This document shows positions 26,008 through 33,175 of a DNA stretch of 64,000 bases, in pieces; the stretch's first letter is position 1; each line of letters starts with the position of its first letter. A program made the translations under genes and the position numbers. This DNA is from Bacteroidota bacterium (GTDB lineage Bacteria; Bacteroidota; Bacteroidia; 2-12-FULL-35-15), in contig JAOQAD010000037.1 in assembly GCA_025963775.1 (NCBI GenBank), positions 1,638 through 65,637 of the forward strand. Reading direction: 5' to 3'. The notes below the pieces were generated by a model. That model made no database searches and was not told the origin of the DNA. It was given only the letters and a program-made list of their open reading frames with translations.

Positions 26008-28440
26008 CTAAATTTTTATCCCGACGATCACAATGTCATCGACCTGCTCCATGGCGCCCTGCCAGCTGACAAGTACCTTATCAAGATACTCACGCTGCTC
26101 TCCCAGCGGTAAATGCGCGATCTTCAGCAAGACTTCCTGGAGCTGTTTGTATTTGAATTTTTTTCCCTGCGGGCCGCCAAACTGGTCGGCATAGCCATCG
26201 GAAAATGTGTAGATGATATCGCCTTTCTGCAATGCAACTTCCGACTGCGAAAATGGTTTCAGCTTTTCGCCATAAATTCCCACCGGCTGCTTGTCGCCCT
26301 TGTACTGCTTCAGCTGAAAAACACCCTGCTCATTTTTACGCAGGATGTAAAATGTATGATTTGCGGAAGAGTACATCAGGCTTGATTCTTTCTTATCAAT
26401 GACCAGCAATGTAAGGTCCATCCCGTCCTGGTGCTCACCGCTTACCCCCTTTTGGCGAAGGGAGCCGATCACTTTTTTGCGCAGCTTGCTCATCACGAGC
26501 GCAGGTTCTGTCAATGCGTACTCGTTGATGATCTCGTTCAGCAGTGAAATGCCAAGCATGCTCATGAACCCGCCGGGAACGCCATGCCCGGTACAATCGG
26601 CGGTGACAAAAACGATCTTTCCTTCCTTGTCGGAGATCCAGTAAAAATCGCCGCTGATGATGTCTTTCGGCTTGAACAAAATAAAGCTTTCCTCGAAATA
26701 TTTTTCAAAATCCTGCTTCGTGGGGATCAGCGAGGTCTGGATGTTCTTCGCATAAAAAATGCTGTCGGTGATCTCCTTGTTCTTTGTCTCGATGAGCTTG
26801 TGCTGGTATTCGATCTTCTCGTTCTGCCGCTCGAGCTGCTGCTTCTGCTCGGTGAGCGTCACGTTGATCCTGTTCAGTAATGTGTTGGAATTTTTCTTCT
26901 GCGTGAATGCGCGGAACACAAGAAAAAGAATGAGCGCCACCAATGCAAGCCCGATGAACAAGCCGTTGCGGATGTACTTCTGCTCCTGGATGCGCTTTTC
27001 AGCGATCGCATCTTTCTTCTCCTGCATGAGCTGCTGCATTTGCTGCTGTTGCGAAAATTCGAAGTTCAATTGTTTCTTCGTCAGCTCTTTCGAGGTTTCG
27101 ATATTGTAAACACTGTCGCGCACAGCAATGTACTGGTGATAATGCTGGAATGCATTCTTATAATCCTTCAGGCCCAGGTAATCGTTGCTGAGCAACTGAT
27201 AGGCATCCATCACGGAAGAAATGATCCCTGCTTTTTTTGCAACGGACAATGATTTTATTGCAGCATCAATACTTTTGGAATAATCTCCCGACTGGTAAAA
27301 AACATTACCCATCGTGAGGTAGCTGTCTGCGATGCCTTCCGGGTCATTTAATTCCAGGCGGATGCTGAGGCTGGAATCGATATAGGAGAATGCTTCCTGT
27401 TCACGGTGAAGGGCAAGGTAAGCACGCGCAATATTATTCAGCACAAGCGCTTCGCGATTCCTGATCCCGATCCGCCTGCTGATGGCCAGCGCCTTGAAAT
27501 GATAGCTGAGCGCTTCGTCGTATTTGCCAAGGCGCATGTACAAGCCGCCGATATTGGTGTACCTGCCGGATACACATTGCTCGTCCTTAATCTCGCTGCA
27601 AAGCGCAAGACTTTTAAATTCCGATTCCAGTGCGCGTTTCCATTCCTTCATCACATAAAAGATCTTGTACTGGCTCAGGAAGGAATTTGCCAATCCCCTT
27701 TTATCGTTGATCTTTTCACGGATCACAATGCTTTTCTGAATGCAGTCGAGCGCTTTGGTATAATCGCCGAGGTAAGAATAATTCAATCCAAGAAAAGAGT
27801 ACGATGCGCCCATTCCTACGGTATCTTTGATCTCTATCCGCAGGTCAAGGCTTTTCTGAAGGTAAGAGCCGGCATCGACGTATTGCCCGCGGTCGTTCAG
27901 TATGGAGCCTTTCAGGTAATAGGAATGCGCCAATCCTTTTTTATCGTCCGCTGCCAAGGCCTTTTGTTCAGAGGAAGCCAGGAGCTCCAGGGCTTCCGGG
28001 TATTTATCCAGTGCGCCCAGCGCCTTCGCTTTGTTGTTGATCGTTTTTATCTCGCCGGCTGCATCAGCGGCGGATACGAACATACGGTTCGCTGAATCAA
28101 GGGAGGCAATTGAATTCCCGTACCTGCTCTGGTTGTATTCGATGATCCCCCTATAGCAAAGTGCTGAAGCAGTACCCTGCAGGTCGTTCAGCTTACGCGA
28201 AAGCTGCAGCGCACTGTTGATCACAGCGGTGGCGCTGTCGTATTTGCCATGAAGAATGTAGAGGTCGATGATCTTTAATTCCGTATTTACTTTAGCGGTA
28301 TCGTCCGGAAGCTGCTTTGAGCGGCTGATGAGCGCGTATAAATTATCTGCCTGCACCGTTTGGATAAACAGCAGGAACATGAACAGCAGGCAGCATTTAA
28401 TTTTATTTATCGGGGTAAGCAGCACAGTATAAAAATCCAC
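26008..28440 (-). CDS. Sensor phosphatase: signal peptide, ~450-aa extracytoplasmic TPR array, TM, coiled coil, PP2C/SpoIIE domain
   Basis: 810 aa with many TPR units. TM is GLFIGLALVALILFLVFRAF. SpoIIE motifs: SIFYAKNIQTSLIP, SGDFYW, DCTGHGVPGGFMS, SDGYADQFGG, DDIVIVGIKI. Confidence 0.85.
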   Translation of the reverse strand: MDFYTVLLTPINKIKCCLLFMFLLFIQTVQADNLYALISRSKQLPDDTAKVNTELKIIDLYILHGKYDSATAVINSALQLSRKLNDLQGTASALCYRGIIEYNQSRYGNSIASLDSANRMFVSAADAAGEIKTINNKAKALGALDKYPEALELLASSEQKALAADDKKGLAHSYYLKGSILNDRGQYVDAGSYLQKSLDLRIEIKDTVGMGASYSFLGLNYSYLGDYTKALDCIQKSIVIREKINDKRGLANSFLSQYKIFYVMKEWKRALESEFKSLALCSEIKDEQCVSGRYTNIGGLYMRLGKYDEALSYHFKALAISRRIGIRNREALVLNNIARAYLALHREQEAFSYIDSSLSIRLELNDPEGIADSYLTMGNVFYQSGDYSKSIDAAIKSLSVAKKAGIISSVMDAYQLLSNDYLGLKDYKNAFQHYHQYIAVRDSVYNIETSKELTKKQLNFEFSQQQQMQQLMQEKKDAIAEKRIQEQKYIRNGLFIGLALVALILFLVFRAFTQKKNSNTLLNRINVTLTEQKQQLERQNEKIEYQHKLIETKNKEITDSIFYAKNIQTSLIPTKQDFEKYFEESFILFKPKDIISGDFYWISDKEGKIVFVTADCTGHGVPGGFMSMLGISLLNEIINEYALTEPALVMSKLRKKVIGSLRQKGVSGEHQDGMDLTLLVIDKKESSLMYSSANHTFYILRKNEQGVFQLKQYKGDKQPVGIYGEKLKPFSQSEVALQKGDIIYTFSDGYADQFGGPQGKKFKYKQLQEVLLKIAHLPLGEQREYLDKVLVSWQGAMEQVDDIVIVGIKI

Positions 28441-28597
28441 ATTTAATCTGTATAAAAAAAGGAAAAGGCTGTTTTTATGTTTTCAACCATTATTAAAGAA
28501 CACACCCCTACCCCCTCTCAAGAGGGGAATGGGCGCTGCTAAAAAAGATGAATAGGCAATTCCAATTACAGCCAGAATTATGCTCAATAATCCATTG

Positions 28598-29347
28598 TTA
28601 ATTTTTCATATTTTTATTCAATCGCTGCATGGTTTTACGGATGTAGCTTTCGGTTGGCAGCAGCGACTTCTGGATCCTGCGCGCATAGGTAATACTGTCG
28701 ATGATCTCCTTTTGTTTTTCTTCGAGATGGCGATGCTGCGTTTCAATCTCTTCGAGCGATTCTTTTAACTTATCTTCTGTTTCCTTGCGGAAGACCACTT
28801 CCTTCTTGAATTTCTGGTTCCAGGAAAAAGTGCCGATGGCCATCACGACTAGGCCGATAACCGTCATCAATTGAGAGAGCGGCCAGTTCTGGATGCGGAA
28901 CAACAGGCCCAGCAGCAAGCAGCCGATGCCGAGAAAATCGAACAGACAGAGAAAAAAAGCATCGCGCGATGACCTCGTATATTTTCTCCATTTTTCAAAT
29001 TTATTTTTGAATGTGAGCGTGCCGTAAAAAAAGCAAAGGATCAGCACGCCGAAAATGATCTCCACGCGTGCTCCGGGAAGATGCAGGAAGACGCATCCCC
29101 AACCGAAAAGGATAAAAAAAACGGACAAGACCAATGAGTTCTTCGCTGCTCTTTTTCTTCTTTCTTCCCGGAAAGGAAAAGCGATCAGCGCGGGCCCCAT
29201 AAATGCTGCGATCACACCAATGATCAGCATGGTGACCGTTAACGGAAGCAGGAGCTGTTTTGCACCGAACAGGTCGTAAGCAGAAGCCGCAAACAACACG
29301 ATCCCGGAGAGGGACATGATCATTCCGGCTTTTTTTACCTGTATCAT
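28598..29347 (-). CDS. Polytopic membrane protein ending in the entry motif of a SpoIIE/PP2C domain (apparently a truncated sensor phosphatase)
   Basis: About 6 hydrophobic segments, then a coiled coil, then IIDSITYARRIQKSLLP, with a stop 18 codons later. There is no catalytic domain. The start is set at ATG 29347 because the TAnnTTTG box at 29364-29371 overlaps the TTG at 29377. Confidence 0.55.
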   Translation of the reverse strand: MIQVKKAGMIMSLSGIVLFAASAYDLFGAKQLLLPLTVTMLIIGVIAAFMGPALIAFPFREERRKRAAKNSLVLSVFFILFGWGCVFLHLPGARVEIIFGVLILCFFYGTLTFKNKFEKWRKYTRSSRDAFFLCLFDFLGIGCLLLGLLFRIQNWPLSQLMTVIGLVVMAIGTFSWNQKFKKEVVFRKETEDKLKESLEEIETQHRHLEEKQKEIIDSITYARRIQKSLLPTESYIRKTMQRLNKNMKN

Positions 29348-29363
29348 TCTATTGGCTTTGAGG

Positions 29364-29371
29364 CAAATATA
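29364..29371 (-). promoter_or_regulatory. -7 box TATATTTG
   Basis: Plus-strand caaatata, 16 nt upstream of the ATG at 29347. Confidence 0.4.
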
Positions 29372-29381
29372 AAACAAAACA

Positions 29382-29399
29382 GTCCCGCATTTGCGGGAC
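29382..29399 (-). terminator. Terminator hairpin after the E1 dehydrogenase gene
   Basis: gtcccgc-attt-gcgggac, followed on the minus strand by tgttttgtttta. Confidence 0.6.
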
Positions 29400-29425
29400 C
29401 GTTTAATTATCCAGATTTTTAATTC

Positions 29426-31423
29426 TCAGTAGTTTACAAGTGCAAGCAATTGCTTTTCAAACCTTGCTTTCGGGAGGAAATTCCATTCGAGATCTGCATT
29501 CATCGGCACTGGCGTATCCAAGCTTGCAGAGCGCTGTACAGGCGCATCCAGATTTTCAAAACAATGCTCCGAGATCATTGCTGCGATCTCCCCGCCGAAT
29601 CCGCCGATGAGCGTATCTTCATGAAGAATGATCGCCCTCCCGGTTTTGTTCACGGAAGCGGTCACTGCTTCTTTATCATAAGGCAACAAGGTCCTGAGGT
29701 CGACAAGGTCGGCAGAGATCTCCGGGTGCTTGTCGAGCACTTCCATTGCCCAGTGCACGCCAATTCCATATGTGATGATGCTGACTGCATTTCCTTCACG
29801 CAGCAGCTTTGCTTTCCCGATCGGCACAGTGAAATAATCATCAGGCACGTCTTCGGTGATACTGCGGTACAATGCTTTCTGCTCAAAGAACATCACCGGG
29901 TTGGGATCTTCGAATGAAGCCAGCAACAATCCTTTTGCATCGGATGGGAATGCAGGATACACTACCTTTAAGCCGGGAGTATGCGTGAACCAGGCCTCAT
30001 TGCTTTGCGAATGAAAAGGGCCTGCAGCAACGGCTGCACCGGTGGGCATGCGCACCACTACATCGGCATTTTGTCCCCAGCGGTAATGTGATTTTGCAAG
30101 ATTATTTACGATCTGGTTGAAGCCTTCGGTCACGAAATCGGCGAACTGCATTTCCACCATGGCTTTCATTCCATTGATGGATAAGCCAAAGCCGCTGCCG
30201 ATGATGGCGGATTCACACAGCGGCGTGTTGCGAACGCGTTTCTTTCCAAACTCTTCCACGAAGCCTTCGGTGATCTTGAACACGCCGCCGTACTCGGCAA
30301 TGTCCTGCCCCATGAGCACAAGGTTCTCATGCTTTTTCATGGCGAGGCGCAAGCCGTCGGAGATCGCATCGATCATGCGCTTGTTGGTTTTTGTACCGGA
30401 TGCAACTGTCTCCTTAAAATCGAAAGGAGCGTACATATCGGCCAGTTCCTTTTCAGTATCGGGCGGCGGCAGGGTTTCGGCATAAGCTATTTCCAACCCC
30501 TGCTCGATCTCTTCCTTTATCTCCGCACGCATGTCCTCGATCATCTTTTCATCCAGTACACCTTCTTCCATCAAATATCGTTCGTAATTGTTCAGGGGAT
30601 CTTTTTTGCCCCAGATCTCCAGCAATTCTTTCGGGACATATTTTGTTCCCGATGCTTCTTCGTGTCCGCGCATACGGAACGTAATGAGCTCGAGCAGCAC
30701 AGGGCGCGGATTTTTGCGGATGGATTCGGCAATGCGCTTTACGGTATCGTACACTTCCAGCACGTTGTTGCCATCTACCTGCACGGCTTCCATCCCATAG
30801 CCAATTCCTTTATCGATAAACTGCTTGCAGCGGAACTGCTCGTTGCTTGGCGTTGAGAGCCCGTAACCGTTGTTCTCAATTGCGAAGATCACCGGGAGAT
30901 CCCATACGGCGGCTACATTCAGCGCTTCATGAAAATCACCTTCGCTTGCACCGCCATCGCCGCTGTACACAAGTGTTGCTTTATTGTTTTCTTTCAGGAG
31001 ATTTCCCAATGCGATGCCATCTGCCAATCCCAGCTGAGGGCCCAGGTGCGAGATCATCCCTACGATCTTGTATTCCTGTGTTCCGAAGTGAAAGGAGCGG
31101 TCGCGGCCTTTTGTAAAGCCGCTTGGCTTCCCCTGGAACTGGCAGAACAGCCGGTGCAAAGGAATGCCACGTGATGTGAAGACACCGAGATTGCGGTGCA
31201 TCGGTAAAATATATTCTTCTTTTTCGAGCGCCATTGCAGCACCCACAGAGCCAGCCTCCTGCCCGATCCCGCTGAACCATTTGGCGATGCGCCCCTGGCG
31301 CAGCAGCACCAGCATTTTTTCTTCGATCATGCGCGGCTTCAGCACACCCTTGTACAATGCAATGAGAGTATCGTCCTTGTATTTCTTTCTGTCGTAACGG
31401 ATGGCAGTTTCTGCTGTGATCAT
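29426..31423 (-). CDS. Fused alpha/beta E1 component of a 2-oxoacid (branched-chain/pyruvate type) dehydrogenase, TPP-dependent
   Basis: 665 aa. The N-terminal half has the TPP-binding motif YSGDGGASEGDFHEALN. The C-terminal half is E1-beta/transketolase-like (FKITEGFVEEFGKKRVRNTPLCESAIIG, VVRMPTG). Confidence 0.88.
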   Translation of the reverse strand: MITAETAIRYDRKKYKDDTLIALYKGVLKPRMIEEKMLVLLRQGRIAKWFSGIGQEAGSVGAAMALEKEEYILPMHRNLGVFTSRGIPLHRLFCQFQGKPSGFTKGRDRSFHFGTQEYKIVGMISHLGPQLGLADGIALGNLLKENNKATLVYSGDGGASEGDFHEALNVAAVWDLPVIFAIENNGYGLSTPSNEQFRCKQFIDKGIGYGMEAVQVDGNNVLEVYDTVKRIAESIRKNPRPVLLELITFRMRGHEEASGTKYVPKELLEIWGKKDPLNNYERYLMEEGVLDEKMIEDMRAEIKEEIEQGLEIAYAETLPPPDTEKELADMYAPFDFKETVASGTKTNKRMIDAISDGLRLAMKKHENLVLMGQDIAEYGGVFKITEGFVEEFGKKRVRNTPLCESAIIGSGFGLSINGMKAMVEMQFADFVTEGFNQIVNNLAKSHYRWGQNADVVVRMPTGAAVAAGPFHSQSNEAWFTHTPGLKVVYPAFPSDAKGLLLASFEDPNPVMFFEQKALYRSITEDVPDDYFTVPIGKAKLLREGNAVSIITYGIGVHWAMEVLDKHPEISADLVDLRTLLPYDKEAVTASVNKTGRAIILHEDTLIGGFGGEIAAMISEHCFENLDAPVQRSASLDTPVPMNADLEWNFLPKARFEKQLLALVNY

Positions 31424-31488
31424 AACGGGCTATTGAATGAGCCGTAAAATTATTAAATTTTAAGGACTTTGAGCGGGATATTTTTTCG

Positions 31489-31496
31489 TAAATTTG
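31489..31496 (+). promoter_or_regulatory. -7 box TAAATTTG
   Basis: It lies 7 nt upstream of the ATG at 31504. Confidence 0.4.
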
Positions 31497-31503
31497 CAGT
31501 ATC

Positions 31504-31644
31504 ATGTTTCAGCAATCGGCCGTTTATATTTTGCTCTCCGGAGCTCTTGCCTACGTGGGATACCGCTTCTATTCCTCCATCAAAAAGAAGCAGGCCTGCG
31601 GCAAATGCGAGCTGATGAAAGCGGCGAAGGAAGCTAAAAAATGA
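31504..31644 (+). CDS. 46-aa small membrane protein with a CxxC motif (resembles the FeoB-associated Cys-rich membrane protein family)
   Basis: Hand translation gives MFQQSAVYILLSGALAYVGYRFYSSIKKKQACGKCELMKAAKEAKK: one TM followed by a basic tail with CGKC. It is below the ORF-track length cut-off and has its own -7 box. Confidence 0.45.
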   Translation: MFQQSAVYILLSGALAYVGYRFYSSIKKKQACGKCELMKAAKEAKK

Positions 31645-31697
31645 CCTTACAAACCAGGGAATGAAGTTTGCTATTCCAGGATCCTAAAGCAATAAAT

Positions 31698-32258
31698 ATG
31701 AAACGCATTCTCTTTTTTCTCTCCTTTCTTCTTCTTGTAAATTTCGGCATCAACGCCCAGGATTCAACGCGTACAGGACTTTTGTACGGATATAACAATG
31801 CCTATTACCTGACAGCGCCCATCGGCTGGGTGATGGACAACGAGAACGGAAAGGAAGAAGGACTGACTGCTGTGTTCTACCCGAAAGGCTCTACCTGGGC
31901 GGAAGGCGAAACAGTGATGTACACCACTTTCACCAATTACGATACTACAAAAAAAGAAACGGTAATGGATGTGATCAAAGGCGACAGCATCGATTACAAA
32001 TTACATTCACCTCAGCTGCAGGTACGGAAGCAAAAAGACATTATGGTCGGCAAAAAGAAAAAAGCGATCGTGATCTCTTATTCTGCAACGGATATTTTCG
32101 AGGAAGTTGCTTACATCGCCGAGAAAAAAGGCGTAGTGATGATCATTATGTCATCCCGAAACAAAAATGGCTGCATCAACAATCATAAGAACTTTGAAGC
32201 GCTGGTGCGGTCGTATAAATTTTTAACCGACCAGGTGAATATTAAGGTTAGTGAGTAA
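31698..32258 (+). CDS. Secreted hypothetical protein
   Basis: Signal peptide MKRILFFLSFLLLVNFGINAQ at the internal ATG 31698. No family recognised. Confidence 0.6.
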   Translation: MKRILFFLSFLLLVNFGINAQDSTRTGLLYGYNNAYYLTAPIGWVMDNENGKEEGLTAVFYPKGSTWAEGETVMYTTFTNYDTTKKETVMDVIKGDSIDYKLHSPQLQVRKQKDIMVGKKKKAIVISYSATDIFEEVAYIAEKKGVVMIIMSSRNKNGCINNHKNFEALVRSYKFLTDQVNIKVSE

Positions 32259-32280
32259 ATAGTCCAGAGCCTGGCTTACA

Positions 32281-32440
32281 CACGTTCTCGACTCCGCTCG
32301 AACTGACAGCGCTCAAACTCCATACGCAGATCCGTATATTCGTAATGATTCGCGATCCGTACCATGAGATTGCTTCATCGTACCTTCTCGCAATGACGTA
32401 CCTATTCGTAATTCGCAGATTCGTAGCTATTCGTATTTCG
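32281..32440. repeat. Intergenic short-repeat patch (CGAG..CTCG and TTCGTA-type modules)
   Basis: It contains ctcgactccgctcgaactgac, gattgcttcatcgtaccttctcgcaatgacg, and repeated attcgtaat/attcgcagattcgta strings. The track ORF 32345..32662 is a translation of these. Confidence 0.4.
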
Positions 32441-32443
32441 ATG

Positions 32444-33175
32444 CTACCAGAGGCCGAACATGTTCTTGATCATTTGCCTTCCCCAGGGGTTTTTACTAAA
32501 ATCTTTTTCCAGCTTGGCTTTGATCTCTGCCGTTTTATAGATCTTATTTTTTCCTTTCTGAGGAACCATCGCCATCACGTTTTGTTTCGACACCTCCACT
32601 GTTTTCGCGAAATAGATCACACCGCCATCTTCTGTTGCAAGGCCGAGGATCGTTCCGGGTAAACCGCAGAAGCTTTCCGGGCCGGTGCTGGTGATCAGCT
32701 CTTCGGCATACCAGGCATAGATACGCGTGGTATCATCCGCCTGCCAGACCGCCTTCCGGCAGTTATATCCAGCAATGTTCCGCTTGCTGTCGGTGATCTT
32801 CCATTTCCTTCTCCAAAGGCTGTCTTCCACATAAATCTTCTCTCCCCATACATCTTTTACAGTAAGGCGCATGTTTGCAAGCAGGTCCTGGAAAACAATG
32901 TTCTTGTCGGTTGCCCAGCTCATCCGCTCTCTCAGATCGCTTTCCTGGGGCTTGAAGAGCGACATGCTGTCGTTGAAATACAATTCGAATACATCCACCT
33001 TGTTTTTGTCCTCTTCCCTCAGCCATTCCTTTACATCATCGCCCTTGAACTTTTTATAGAGGTTTGTTTTCCGTTCATACGTGATCTTTCCGCTGCTTAC
33101 CTGCGCGAATGCCGCCGAAGCAAAGAGCAATACAAGGGCGGAGGCGAGAACAAATTTAGAAGCCAAAGTCGTCAT
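32444..33175 (-). CDS. GLPGLI-family protein
   Basis: 243 aa with a signal peptide. The motif FCGLPGTILGL and the size fit the Bacteroidota GLPGLI paralogous family (TIGR01200). Confidence 0.8.
   Translation of the reverse strand: MTTLASKFVLASALVLLFASAAFAQVSSGKITYERKTNLYKKFKGDDVKEWLREEDKNKVDVFELYFNDSMSLFKPQESDLRERMSWATDKNIVFQDLLANMRLTVKDVWGEKIYVEDSLWRRKWKITDSKRNIAGYNCRKAVWQADDTTRIYAWYAEELITSTGPESFCGLPGTILGLATEDGGVIYFAKTVEVSKQNVMAMVPQKGKNKIYKTAEIKAKLEKDFSKNPWGRQMIKNMFGLW

Noticed and set aside
27406-28095. 229-aa plus-strand ORF antisense to the TPR-PP2C gene. Similar antisense ORFs occur in the E1 gene (29450..29917, 30329..30856), the barrel gene (33912..34454, 34740..35117), ftsK (58059..58634), lolA (56467..57027), speA (62261..62944), the arginase gene (63085..63977), the left-edge gene (274..753, 913..1185) and copA (48061..48426, 48730..49092).
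   Set aside because: All are nested opposite genes with strong family signatures. They lack promoter boxes and have atypical composition.
28490-28540. The hairpin ccccctctcaagagggg (and the similar cccctccaaaatgagggg at 36432-36449) as a riboswitch or terminator.
   Set aside because: These are single short stems without a T-run or conserved flanks. They are more likely further members of the short palindromic repeat pool, and the evidence is too weak to call.
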